Shown one piece after another: positions 10,959 through 19,627 of a DNA stretch of 64,000 nt. The stretch is from positions 4,548 through 68,547 of the forward strand of contig JBBIPK010000006.1 of assembly GCA_037442885.1 (NCBI GenBank), written 5' to 3'. Within the stretch, counting starts at the first letter, position 1. Every line of letters begins with the position of its first letter. Position numbers and translations under genes: made by a program. This DNA comes from Acidobacteriota bacterium (GTDB lineage: Bacteria > Acidobacteriota > Terriglobia > Acidiferrales > 2-02-FULL-67-57). The notes under the pieces were generated by a model. It ran no database searches. It saw only the letters and a list, made by a program, of their open reading frames with translations, and was not told the DNA's origin.

Positions 10959-11699
10959 ATGGCGAGTTTGTGGCGGCGCGTAGCCGACCCCATCAGTTTC
11001 CTGCGCTCGCTGGTCTTTACGATTCCGCTCATCTACGTGCACACGATTCTGCTGGGATTCATCTCGTTCGTGCTGTCGCCCTTTGACCGCGGCGCGCGGC
11101 TGCAGCACGGTTGCGCGCGGCTCTGGGCGCGGATGATTCTCTGGACCAGCTTTGTCCGTCTGCGCGTGCGCGGCGCCGAGAACATCGATCCGGACCGCCC
11201 CTACGTCTACGTGTCCAACCACCAGAGCTACATTGACACCCCGATTGTGTTCGCGGCCTTGCCCGCGCGCTTCTGCATCATGGCCAAAGCCTCGGTCTTC
11301 CACATCCCGTTTCTGGGCTGGCACCTCCAGCGGACGGGAAACCTGCCCATCCCGCGCAACAGCCCGCTCACCTCAGCGCGGCGCCTGCTCGAAGCCACCT
11401 CCGCGATTCGCCAGGGGCGCTCGCTCTTCGTTTTCCCCGAGGGCGGGCGCAACCTCGAACCGGCCGTGGGTGAGTTTCGGCACGGAATTTTCATGGCGGC
11501 CATTCAGGCCGGCGTGCCGGTGGTGCCGATCACGATTCGCGGCTCGCGACCCGTGCTCGATTACCACTCGTGGACGATTCGCCCCGGCACGGTCGAAGTG
11601 ATTATTGATGCACCGCTTGAGACCGCCGGGATGGACAAGAGCCAGGCGGAGGAGTTGCGCGACACAGTGCGGAGCCTCATCGCGGCGCGCTTTGGCTGA
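10959..11699 (+). CDS. plsC: 1-acyl-sn-glycerol-3-phosphate acyltransferase
   Basis: NHQSYIDT (HX4D) and FPEGGR acyltransferase motifs; N-terminal TM segment. Confidence 0.85.
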   Translation: MASLWRRVADPISFLRSLVFTIPLIYVHTILLGFISFVLSPFDRGARLQHGCARLWARMILWTSFVRLRVRGAENIDPDRPYVYVSNHQSYIDTPIVFAALPARFCIMAKASVFHIPFLGWHLQRTGNLPIPRNSPLTSARRLLEATSAIRQGRSLFVFPEGGRNLEPAVGEFRHGIFMAAIQAGVPVVPITIRGSRPVLDYHSWTIRPGTVEVIIDAPLETAGMDKSQAEELRDTVRSLIAARFG

Positions 11700-11765
11700 T
11701 CCAGTCCCCGCTGGAAATGCAATGGTCAAATCGGGAAAATTGCTGTTTCGCTCGCGGAGGGCAGG

Positions 11766-12545
11766 GTGATCAGTCTTTCGAACCGGGTGGCCGTGGTCAC
11801 GGGCGGGTCGCGGGGCATCGGGGCGGCGACGGTGAAGCTGTTGGCCGCGGCGGGAGCACATCTGGTGTTCAGCTACCGCCGGCAGCGCCGCGCGGCCGAG
11901 CAGGTGGCCCGCGCGGCGCGCCGCTACGGCGTAGAGGCGGTGCCTGTGCGCGCGGACTTGGTGCGGATGGCCGATGCGCAGCGGTTGATTCAAGCTGCTG
12001 TCGACCGCTTCCGCCGGCTGGACATCCTGGTGGCCAACGCGGGCATCTGGAACGTCGAAGACATCCCGATTGAGAAGTTGAGCGAGCGGGACTGGGATGA
12101 GATGATGGCGGTGAATCTGAAATCGGTGTACGGCGTCGTGCACTATGCGGTGCCGGTAATGAAAAGACAGTTTGCGCGTTTCGGGCGACCCGCGCGCATC
12201 ATCGCCTTGTCTTCGACCGCCGGCCAGCGGGGCGAGGCGTTCCACGACCACTATGCGGCGACCAAGGGCGCCATCATCAGTTTCGTCAAGGGACTCTCCA
12301 CGGAATTGGCGCCGCACAATATCCTGGTGAACTGCGTGGCGCCGGGCTGGGTGGATACGCAAATGTCGCGACCCGTGCTGCGCACGCCGGCGCAGCGGCG
12401 CTGGGTGTTGCGGCAGATACCGCTCGGGCGGGTGGCGACGGCGGAGGAGATTGCCGGGCCGATTCTGTTTCTCGCGTCCGACCTGGCCACATTCATGACG
12501 GGCGAGATCGTCAACGTGAACGGCGGCGCGGTACTGGTGGGGTAA
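11766..12545 (+). CDS. SDR-family oxidoreductase (FabG-like)
   Basis: VTGGSRGIGAA cofactor motif, NAG, YAATKGA catalytic YxxxK. GTG start. Confidence 0.8.
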   Translation: MISLSNRVAVVTGGSRGIGAATVKLLAAAGAHLVFSYRRQRRAAEQVARAARRYGVEAVPVRADLVRMADAQRLIQAAVDRFRRLDILVANAGIWNVEDIPIEKLSERDWDEMMAVNLKSVYGVVHYAVPVMKRQFARFGRPARIIALSSTAGQRGEAFHDHYAATKGAIISFVKGLSTELAPHNILVNCVAPGWVDTQMSRPVLRTPAQRRWVLRQIPLGRVATAEEIAGPILFLASDLATFMTGEIVNVNGGAVLVG

Positions 12546-12548
12546 GCG

Positions 12549-13364
12549 ATGAGAATCGTGCTCGCCCTCTTGCTGCTGCTCGTGGCCATACCCGGGTTCG
12601 CCCAAGAGGCGAAGACACCACCGAACAAGGCGCAGGAACTGGTCGAGCAGGCCGTGGCCGCGCTGGGCGGCGAGGCGTACTTGAACGTCACGGGCTACAT
12701 CCGCACGGGCAGGATCTACAGCTTCAGCCGCGGGGAGTTGGCGAGCCCAGGCACGGTGTTCACCGAATACGCCAAGTATCCCGACAAGTCGCGGGTCGAG
12801 TATTACAAGAATCGCAGCATCATCCAGGTCAATAACGGCGATGAAGGCTGGGAGCTGGATACCCAGGGAGTGCGCGAGCAGACGCCGGAATCGATTCGCG
12901 ACTTCAAAGAGAGTGTGAAGCGCGATCTTGATTTTCTCCTCCGCGCTCGCCGCACCGAGCCCGGGATGCAGTTCTACTATCTGGGCTCACAGTTCTTGGA
13001 CAACCGACGGGTGGAAGTGGTGGAGATGGTGGACGCGGAGAACGAAAGCTATGTGCTCTACCTGGACGCGGAGACGCACCTGCCGCTGCGGTTGCGCTAT
13101 CGGGAGCAGGACGAGCTGACGCGGGAGATGGTGGAGGTAGTGGAGTATTACGGCATCTATATCGACTTTGGCGGCGTGCGCTCGCCGCGCCAGATTACGC
13201 GGGAACGGGCCCGACTGCGCGTGTTTGAAGCCACCGAGCTGAAAGTGGACTTCAAGAGCCCGATCGCCGACGAGTTGTTCACGCGCGCGTCGCTGGAAGC
13301 GCGCTGGCAGGAAATCGGCAAGAAACAGAAAAAGAAGAAAAAGAAGGAAGAGGAAGAGCCCTAG
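12549..13364 (+). CDS. Exported hypothetical protein (possibly LolA-like fold), Lys/Glu-rich C-terminal tail
   Basis: Signal peptide MRIVLALLLLLVAIPGFAQE. No catalytic motif recognised. Tail is KKQKKKKKKEEEEP. Confidence 0.5.
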   Translation: MRIVLALLLLLVAIPGFAQEAKTPPNKAQELVEQAVAALGGEAYLNVTGYIRTGRIYSFSRGELASPGTVFTEYAKYPDKSRVEYYKNRSIIQVNNGDEGWELDTQGVREQTPESIRDFKESVKRDLDFLLRARRTEPGMQFYYLGSQFLDNRRVEVVEMVDAENESYVLYLDAETHLPLRLRYREQDELTREMVEVVEYYGIYIDFGGVRSPRQITRERARLRVFEATELKVDFKSPIADELFTRASLEARWQEIGKKQKKKKKKEEEEP

Positions 13365-13452
13365 GGGTCGGTGGTTGCGAATGAGGGAAAACGCTCCCCT
13401 GGCTCTCGGGCGCAGGTGTCGCCGCCGCAGGTCCGTTGCGGTGCAGGCAGAA

Positions 13453-13461
13453 TGCTATAAT
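13453..13461 (+). promoter_or_regulatory. Extended -10 promoter element (TGCTATAAT) upstream of hslV
   Basis: TGCTATAAT lies 20 nt upstream of the hslV GTG. The same 9-mer recurs upstream of hslU and tal. Confidence 0.5.
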
Positions 13462-13481
13462 CCGCGCTGGGAGTAGGAAGA

Positions 13482-14027
13482 GTGAAGAAACCAGCTCAAC
13501 GCCCGCACGGCACCACCGTGCTCTGCGTGCGGCGCGACGCCAAGGTCGTGTTTGCGGGCGACGGCCAGGTCAGCATCGGCGACACCATCTTCAAACAAGG
13601 GGCGAAGAAAATTCGCCGGCTCTACAACGACAAGGTGCTGGCGGGATTTGCGGGCGCGACCGCCGACGCGCTCTCCCTGTTTGCGCGCTTTGAGGCCAAA
13701 TTGCAGGAGCATGCCGGCAACCTGCCGCGGGCGGCGGTGGAGCTGGCCAAGGAGTGGCGCACGGACCGCGCTCTGCGGCATCTGGACGCGTTGCTGCTGG
13801 TGGCCGACGCCAAGAGCACCTTCCTGCTCTCCGGCAACGGCGACATCATCGAACCCGACGACGGCCTGGCCGCCATCGGTTCGGGCGGCCCCTACGCGCT
13901 GGCGGCCGCGCGGGCCTTGACCAAGCACACGAAACTCTCCGCGCGCGAGGTTGCGCAGGAGGCGATGCAGGTCGCAGCCGGCATCTGCGTCTTCACCAAC
14001 ACCAACTTCGTCTTCGAGGAACTCTGA
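13482..14027 (+). CDS. hslV: ATP-dependent protease subunit HslV
   Basis: [11 protein letters not shown] (N-terminal Thr nucleophile after a short propeptide), [20 protein letters not shown]. Confidence 0.95.
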   Translation: MKKPAQRPHGTTVLCVRRDAKVVFAGDGQVSIGDTIFKQGAKKIRRLYNDKVLAGFAGATADALSLFARFEAKLQEHAGNLPRAAVELAKEWRTDRALRHLDALLLVADAKSTFLLSGNGDIIEPDDGLAAIGSGGPYALAAARALTKHTKLSAREVAQEAMQVAAGICVFTNTNFVFEEL

Positions 14028-14030
14028 GCC

Positions 14031-14411
14031 GTGCTGAGCGCGGCAGGCGTTCAACCCGCGCGGCGCGGGCGGGGAGCGGGCCTGCTCCAGGTCGTGCTCG
14101 CCCTGGTGGTGGCTCTCGCGCTGGTCTGGCTGGCGCTGAAGATGTTCGAACGGCAGCGCTCGGTTCCCACTGGCCGCGGCGTGCCGCCGGCGCGGGCAGT
14201 CCTGGACAGCGTCGAGTTGCAGATCGGCGGGATTGAATCACCCACAGATGCGCTCACCGTCCAGGCGGCCTTGCAGCGAACTCCGGGGGTGGCGGGCGTG
14301 CAGGTTGACCCGTCGTCCGGCCGCGCGCGCATCACCTACGACCCCAACCGCACCCATCCTGACCAGCTCATCGCCGTCGTCCGCCAGGCCGGCTTTCAGG
14401 CCAGCCGGTAG
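14031..14411 (+). CDS. Membrane-anchored HMA-like (ferredoxin-fold) domain protein lacking the CxxC metal site
   Basis: One TM helix (LLQVVLALVVALALVWLAL) followed by an HMA-like domain. GMxCxxC is replaced by GIESPTD. C-terminus QLIAVVRQAGFQASR is paralogous to the MerT-HMA protein C-terminus. Confidence 0.6.
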   Translation: MLSAAGVQPARRGRGAGLLQVVLALVVALALVWLALKMFERQRSVPTGRGVPPARAVLDSVELQIGGIESPTDALTVQAALQRTPGVAGVQVDPSSGRARITYDPNRTHPDQLIAVVRQAGFQASR

Positions 14412-14466
14412 GGTCGCAGCTCCCCAAGAAAGATTTGCTTGCAACCGTTGGCCGTTCCATGCATCC

Positions 14467-14485
14467 TATCCCTGAGGAGGGGATA
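14467..14485. promoter_or_regulatory. Candidate CsoR-type operator palindrome
   Basis: TATCCC-N7-GGGATA overlaps the RBS and ATG of the CsoR-like gene. Confidence 0.3.
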
Positions 14486-14793
14486 TGCCGAAGGCGTTGC
14501 CTGTCGTCAAGGACATCTATCTCGATGCCGAGGTCGAGCAGGAGCTGCAGAACCGTCTGAGCCGGATCGAGGGGCACGTGCGGGGGGTGAAGCGGATGTT
14601 GGCCGAGCATGCCTCCTGTGAAGACCTATTGCTGCAGCTCACCGCCATCCGCTCGGCCCTGAATCAGGTCGCCGCTCGGCTGCTCGAGAATCATATGGAT
14701 ACCTGCGTGGCCGACGCCGTACGAGCTGGTGGGGGCCAGAAGGCACTGGCTCACCTCAAAGGCGCCTTAGCTCAGGTATTGAAGAACCAATAA
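14485..14793 (+). CDS. CsoR/RcnR/FrmR-family metal-sensing transcriptional repressor (Cu(I)-type C-H-C signature)
   Basis: Cys45, His70 and Cys74 show the same 25/4 spacing as the characterised CsoR ligands (..HASCEDLL.., ..ENHMDTC..). All-helical, about 100 aa. Confidence 0.85.
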   Translation: MPKALPVVKDIYLDAEVEQELQNRLSRIEGHVRGVKRMLAEHASCEDLLLQLTAIRSALNQVAARLLENHMDTCVADAVRAGGGQKALAHLKGALAQVLKNQ

Positions 14794-14813
14794 GCAGGAA
14801 AGGAAGAAACTCA

Positions 14814-15410
14814 ATGAATGAGAAATCTGTTGTTGTCGCCTCTGGTATTACCGCCTTTCTCGCTTCTCTCTGCTGCCTCGGACCGTTGCTGTTAGGAGGG
14901 ATCGGCTTAGGGGTGGCGCTTTCGGCCGCGTTTGAATCACTGCGGCCCTACTTCCTGGGTCTAACCGCCGTGCTGCTGCCTCTGGGGTTCTATCTGGCCT
15001 ACCGCAAGCCGAAGGCGGTCGCATGCGCCGACCAAAGCTGTGCGCCTGCGGCTAGCCGTAGGCAGAGGTTCGTCCGGCCTTTCCTCTGGATCGCAGCCTT
15101 GGCGGTGCTCGCCTTGGCACTTTTCCCCGTCTATGGCGCCCGGCTGGTGCCTTCAGTGAAGCACTCGGGTCAATCCCCTGCCCCGATGAAGGAGGCGAAT
15201 TCAGCTCACCTGATCCTCAAGGTCAGCGGGATGAGTTGCGAAGCCTGCGCTGTCTCTGTGCGCACGGCTCTGCTGAAATTTTCCGGTGTGGCGGAAGCGC
15301 GTGTGGACGTCGGTGGTGCAGCTGCCTACGTGCGCTATGATCCAGACCAGGTCAAGCCCGAGCAACTCATCGCAGCCGTCAACCGCACTGGGTTCAAGGC
15401 CTCCCGTTGA
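14814..15410 (+). CDS. merT: MerT-like metal transporter fused to a C-terminal HMA (MerP-like) domain
   Basis: TM1 LASLCCLGPLLL matches the MerT CC motif, and a second Cys pair follows (ACADQSCA). C-terminal HMA domain has GMSCEAC. Confidence 0.8.
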   Translation: MNEKSVVVASGITAFLASLCCLGPLLLGGIGLGVALSAAFESLRPYFLGLTAVLLPLGFYLAYRKPKAVACADQSCAPAASRRQRFVRPFLWIAALAVLALALFPVYGARLVPSVKHSGQSPAPMKEANSAHLILKVSGMSCEACAVSVRTALLKFSGVAEARVDVGGAAAYVRYDPDQVKPEQLIAAVNRTGFKASR

Positions 15411-15427
15411 GCCCAAGCGATGGAAGG

Positions 15428-15991
15428 ATGACTCTGCCTCGCAGCGTGGAGACGGTGGAAGGCCGGGTGCTGGCGATGGCTCGTGCCTGGCTAACGGCGA
15501 ACCAACCTGCTGAGATGTGTCCCGTCTCGGCCACGACTGGCCACAAGGTGAGGCAGGTCACGCTTGGCAATCATCTGCGACCGGAGCACTGGCGGTGGGC
15601 CTGGCAGGAAGAATTCTATTTCTGCTCGGCGCCCGACTGTCCAATCGTCTATTACAACAATGCGCAAGCGATCTATTTTACCCAGGAGGAAATCCGCACG
15701 CGCGTGGGCGTCAAAATCGGCCCGCCTCCTGTTCCTGTCTGCTATTGCATGAATGTGTGTGAGGCCCAAATCTTGGACGAAATTCAGGTCAAGCGCTGCT
15801 GTGACTCGCTCGAGGACATCAAGCAATATACCAAGGCCCGGACGGGCAAGCTTTGCCACGTCACCAACCCTGCCGGCAAATGCTGCGGCAAGCACCTGAT
15901 GGCAGTGGTGGAGCGCGCGCTGGCGGCCGTGCACGATCCGGCCATGGCCCGACAGGCGCGCGAAGCCTGCTGCCAGATACCGGAAGAATAA
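15428..15991 (+). CDS. Cys-rich putative metallochaperone / (2Fe-2S)-binding protein (CopZ N-terminal-domain-like)
   Basis: Many conserved-looking Cys: CPV.., FCSAPDCP, CYCMNVC, RCC, CHVTNPAGKCCGKH. Start uncertain (TTG 15407 or ATG 15428). Confidence 0.55.
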   Translation: MTLPRSVETVEGRVLAMARAWLTANQPAEMCPVSATTGHKVRQVTLGNHLRPEHWRWAWQEEFYFCSAPDCPIVYYNNAQAIYFTQEEIRTRVGVKIGPPPVPVCYCMNVCEAQILDEIQVKRCCDSLEDIKQYTKARTGKLCHVTNPAGKCCGKHLMAVVERALAAVHDPAMARQAREACCQIPEE

Positions 15992-16005
15992 AGGAGGGGC
16001 TTGCG

Positions 16006-16242
16006 ATGGCCAAGACAGTCCGTGTCTATACGCAGCCGGGGTGACTCTTCTGCGGGCAGACGAAAGAGTTTCTTTCGCAGAAGAAGATTCCCTTCGAGGA
16101 GCGAGACATCTCCAAAGACCCGGCGGCGCTGGCAGAACTGGAGAAGCTTGGCTATATGACGACACCGGTGAGCGTCATTGACGGTGAGGTCGTGGTCGGC
16201 TTCGACATCGCGAAGTTGACTCGCCTGCTGGGCCAAGGCTAG
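16006..16242 (+). CDS. Glutaredoxin-like (NrdH/YruB-type) protein with in-frame UGA at the CxxC position; probable selenoprotein (U-L-F-C)
   Basis: AAGGAGGGG RBS lies 6 nt before ATG 16006. Reading through TGA 16042-16044 gives a 78-codon frame to TAG 16240 with Grx hallmarks (VRVYT, TTPV cis-Pro, DGEVVVGFD). A SECIS-like hairpin lies directly 3' of the TGA. Confidence 0.7.
16046..16084 (+). other. SECIS-like stem-loop (candidate selenocysteine insertion element)
   Basis: 16046-16052 pairs with 16078-16084 (7 bp) and 16061-16067 pairs with 16071-16077 (7 bp). There is an 8-nt 5' bulge and an apical GUU loop. The structure starts 2 nt after the UGA. Confidence 0.55.
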
Positions 16243-16300
16243 GCCGGCAACGAAGCAAACGGCTGGAGTCGCCCTCGCGGATTTCTACCAGGGTCCGGGG

Positions 16301-16309
16301 TGCTATAAT
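16301..16309 (+). promoter_or_regulatory. Extended -10 promoter element (TGCTATAAT) upstream of hslU
   Basis: TGCTATAAT lies 46 nt upstream of the hslU ATG. A GGTTG-UCUUCGGG-CAACC hairpin sits in the leader. Confidence 0.5.
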
Positions 16310-16355
16310 CGGCAGGGTTGTCTTCGGGCAACCAGATTTCTAGCGGACAGGAAAG

Positions 16356-17759
16356 ATGGCGATTTACCTTCCCGGAAAAGTCGGCGAGCCGGCGCCGGAA
16401 ACCGAAGCGCCCGCGGCAGGACTCGACGAACTGACGCCGCGGCAGATTGTCTCGGCGCTCGACAAGTACATCATCGGGCAGCAGCAGGCCAAGCGCGCCG
16501 TCGCCATCGCCCTGCGGAACCGGATTCGTCGGCAGAAACTCGAGCCGGAGATGGCCGAAGAAGTTCTGCCGAAGAATATTCTGATGATCGGGCCGACGGG
16601 GGTCGGAAAGACGGAGATTGCGCGGCGACTGGCACGGCTGGCGAACGCGCCCTTCCTGAAGGTGGAGGCTTCGAAATACACCGAGGTGGGCTACGTGGGC
16701 CGCGACGTCGAGTCCATGATCCGCGACCTGGTGGACGTCGCCATCGAGATGGTGCGGGAGGAAAAGCTGGAAGAAGTGGCCGAGCGCGCCGAGATGAACG
16801 CGGAAGAGAGGATGCTTGACCTGCTCCTGCCGCCACCCACCGCCACGGGCCCCGAAGACACACGGCAGCGGGAGAGCTTCCAGCAGACGCGGGAGAAAAT
16901 CCGCGCCCAACTCCGCGAAGGGCGTTTGGACGAGAAGTACGTTGAGTTGGAGGTGCGGGAGCGGAGCTTTCCGGCGTTTGAGATCGTCTCCTCGAGCGGC
17001 GTGGAAGAGATGGACGTGAACATCAAGGACGTGCTGCCGGGTTTGTTCGGCCAGATGAAGAAGAAGCGGCGGATGAAGGTCTCGGAAGCCTGGGAGTACC
17101 TAGTGGAGGAGGAAGAGAACCGACTGATTGACATGGAGCAGGTGACGCGGACAGCCGTCGGCCGGGTGGAGCAATCGGGCATCATCTTCATTGACGAGAT
17201 CGACAAGATTGCGGGCCGCGAATCGGGCCACGGGCCGGACGTGAGCCGCGAAGGCGTGCAGCGGGACATCCTGCCGATCGTGGAAGGCACGACCGTGAAC
17301 ACGCGTCACGGGATGGTGCGGACCGACCACATCCTGTTCATCGCCGCCGGGGCGTTCCACGTCACCAAGCCCTCCGACCTGATTCCCGAGTTGCAGGGGC
17401 GGTTTCCTATTCGGGTGGAGCTGCATTCGCTGACCGCGGAGGATTTTGTGCGCATTCTCCGGGAGCCGAAGAATGCGCTCATCCGGCAATACACGGCGCT
17501 GCTCGACACCGAAGGCATCCACCTGACCTTCACCGATGACGCCGCCGAAGAGATTGCGCGCTATGCGGCGCGCGTGAATGAAGGGATGGAAAACATCGGG
17601 GCGCGAAGGCTCTTCACCATCATGGAGAAGCTGCTCGATGAGATTTCCTTTGAGGCGCCAGACCTGAGGAAGAAACAGGTGAAGATTGACGCCGCCTACG
17701 TGCACAAGATGTTGGCCGACATCGTCAAGGACCAAGATCTGAGCCGCTACATCCTCTAG
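16356..17759 (+). CDS. hslU: ATP-dependent protease ATPase subunit HslU
   Basis: [17 protein letters not shown], Walker [16 protein letters not shown], Walker [11 protein letters not shown]-terminal [11 protein letters not shown]. Confidence 0.95.
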   Translation: MAIYLPGKVGEPAPETEAPAAGLDELTPRQIVSALDKYIIGQQQAKRAVAIALRNRIRRQKLEPEMAEEVLPKNILMIGPTGVGKTEIARRLARLANAPFLKVEASKYTEVGYVGRDVESMIRDLVDVAIEMVREEKLEEVAERAEMNAEERMLDLLLPPPTATGPEDTRQRESFQQTREKIRAQLREGRLDEKYVELEVRERSFPAFEIVSSSGVEEMDVNIKDVLPGLFGQMKKKRRMKVSEAWEYLVEEEENRLIDMEQVTRTAVGRVEQSGIIFIDEIDKIAGRESGHGPDVSREGVQRDILPIVEGTTVNTRHGMVRTDHILFIAAGAFHVTKPSDLIPELQGRFPIRVELHSLTAEDFVRILREPKNALIRQYTALLDTEGIHLTFTDDAAEEIARYAARVNEGMENIGARRLFTIMEKLLDEISFEAPDLRKKQVKIDAAYVHKMLADIVKDQDLSRYIL

Positions 17760-18838
17760 TGCCGTTCCAGCATTTCAGTCCCTTGTCTGTTTTCCTTTTT
17801 TTTCTTTCTCTCGTCTCTCTTGCCTGCGGGGTGGTGAGGCCGCCGGTACCGCCGACTCCGAAGATTCCAGTCCCGCCGCAGGACCTCGTGGCGGAGCAAC
17901 ACGGCGAGCAGGTGGTGCTCCGCTGGACGCTGCCGGCGCTCCATACGGATGGGACGCGCGTCACGGGTAGCCAGCAGATTGAAATTCACCGTTGGTTTGC
18001 GGGAAGCTCGGAGAACCTGAGCGAGCGATTTGGCGTCGAGGCTCAACTCATCTACGTCATTCCTGCGGACGTGGCGAGCCGATTTGAGCGCGAAGGGAAG
18101 ATCGAGTTTGCCGATCCGCTTGGACCGCGGCGGCTGGCCGAGCAGGCGGGCCGCTACGCGGTCTATGGCATTAAAGTGCTGAACCGGAAGGACGAGGCAG
18201 CCGCGTTCTCGAATCTCGTCGCCGTGCGGGTCTATCCCGTGCCCACCGCCGTTGCAAAGATTGAGACAGAGGTCAGCGAACGTGCCATCCGCCTGCGCTG
18301 GACACCTCCGAGCGAGACGACAAGCCGGACGCCGGTCCCCGCGATTGCCGGCTATCGCGTCTATCGGGGGCCGGAACAGGCGGAGAAGCTGCAACCGGTA
18401 ACGACAGTCTCGACGACTGACTATACAGATACGAATTTTCGATTTGGAGAAACCATCTACTACCGGGTGCGGGCGGTGGCGCAGTACGGGGAGGAGCAGG
18501 TGGAAGGGGTGGACTCGGCCATCGTCAGCGTGACGCCGCAGGATGTGTTCGCGCCGCCGACACCGGAGAATCTGACGGCTATTGCGAGCCGCGGGCGGGT
18601 GGATTTGACCTGGGACGCCAGCCCAGCCGCTGACCTGGCCGGCTACGTTGTCTATCGCGCCGAGCAACCGGAGGATGGGTATCGGCGCCTGAATCCCGAG
18701 GCAGTTGTCGTGCAGAGTTTCGGAGACACCGGGGTGGCAGCCGGGAAGACTTACTATTACGCGGTCACCGCAGTGGATCGCAGGGGGAACGAGAGCGCGC
18801 GCTCGCAATCTGCGGTCGTGACCGTGCCGGCGGAGTAG
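17759..18838 (+). CDS. Lipoprotein with fibronectin type III-like repeats
   Basis: Lipobox-like LVSLAC|G signal. Repeated LRWTxP / LTWDAS ... Y.VYR ... YYY.V.AVD patterns typical of FN3 modules. Confidence 0.7.
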   Translation: MPFQHFSPLSVFLFFLSLVSLACGVVRPPVPPTPKIPVPPQDLVAEQHGEQVVLRWTLPALHTDGTRVTGSQQIEIHRWFAGSSENLSERFGVEAQLIYVIPADVASRFEREGKIEFADPLGPRRLAEQAGRYAVYGIKVLNRKDEAAAFSNLVAVRVYPVPTAVAKIETEVSERAIRLRWTPPSETTSRTPVPAIAGYRVYRGPEQAEKLQPVTTVSTTDYTDTNFRFGETIYYRVRAVAQYGEEQVEGVDSAIVSVTPQDVFAPPTPENLTAIASRGRVDLTWDASPAADLAGYVVYRAEQPEDGYRRLNPEAVVVQSFGDTGVAAGKTYYYAVTAVDRRGNESARSQSAVVTVPAE

Positions 18839-18840
18839 TT

Positions 18841-19611
18841 ATGGGAAAGTACTGCCGCTTTGAGGTGGAGGGCGTAACACGCTACGGCGAAGTACGGGGC
18901 GAGGATGTGAGTGCACTGAGCGCGGCCCCCTGGGCAGGTGGCGAACCGATGAGCCAGCGGTATCCGCTCAGCCAGGTGCGGCTGCAGGCACCGTGCGAGC
19001 CGTCGAAGATTGTTTGTCTGGGGCGGAACTATCGCGAGCACGCAGCGGAATTGGGACATAAGGTGCCACGCGAGCCACTGATTTTCCTGAAGGCACCCTC
19101 GGCGATCATCGGACCGGAGGAGGCAATCGTCTATCCGCCGCAGTCGCAGCGGGTGGATTACGAAGGCGAGCTGGCGGCGGTGATCGGCCGCCGCTGTCAC
19201 CGGCTCAACGCCGCGGACAATCCGCTGGACTACGTTTTCGGCTTCACCTGCCTGAATGACGTGACGGCGCGGGACTTGCAACAGGCCGACGTGCAGTTCA
19301 CGCGCGCGAAGAGCTTCGACACCTTCTGTCCGCTCGGGCCGGTGATCGCTACCGGGCTTGATCCAGGCAAGCTCGTAGTCGAGACCTATGTGAACGGGGA
19401 GCGGCGGCAGCGGGCGAGCGTGCGGGAGATGATTTTTCCGCTCGATGCTATAATACGCTTCATTGCTTCCGTGATGACGCTCGAGCCGGGCGACGTGATT
19501 GCAACGGGCACACCGGCAGGCGTGGGACCCCTGCAGGTGGGCGACGTCGTAGAAGTGAGCGTCGAGGGCATCGGGCGGTTGCGCAACCACGTGGTAGCGG
19601 CGACAACGTAA
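18841..19611 (+). CDS. Fumarylacetoacetate hydrolase (FAH) family protein
   Basis: [62 protein letters not shown]. Confidence 0.85.
   Translation: MGKYCRFEVEGVTRYGEVRGEDVSALSAAPWAGGEPMSQRYPLSQVRLQAPCEPSKIVCLGRNYREHAAELGHKVPREPLIFLKAPSAIIGPEEAIVYPPQSQRVDYEGELAAVIGRRCHRLNAADNPLDYVFGFTCLNDVTARDLQQADVQFTRAKSFDTFCPLGPVIATGLDPGKLVVETYVNGERRQRASVREMIFPLDAIIRFIASVMTLEPGDVIATGTPAGVGPLQVGDVVEVSVEGIGRLRNHVVAATT
19446..19454 (+). promoter_or_regulatory. Possible internal promoter (TGCTATAAT) for tal inside the FAH gene
   Basis: Third exact copy of TGCTATAAT, 174 nt upstream of the tal ATG. No convincing -35 element. Confidence 0.35.
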
Positions 19612-19627
19612 CGGGGAGGAGGGAGTG

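Noticed and set aside
15853-16044. Listed 63-aa ORF ending at TGA 16044, considered as an independent gene.
   Set aside because: Most of it overlaps the 3' end of the Cys-rich metallochaperone gene in another frame. Only its last 13 codons (from ATG 16006, with a strong RBS) are credible, as the start of the UGA-containing glutaredoxin-like gene.
7896-16355. Possible cobalamin riboswitch upstream of cobO at 7896-8016 (GGGA.., GTCCCCG, GGCAGGAGCC, GGTGCGAA fragments).
   Set aside because: The fragments are in the wrong order and spacing for the B12 core. The GGUGCGAA segment does not sit in a hairpin, no GCCACUG/B12-box pairing is present, and the region is too short. A cmscan run would settle it.
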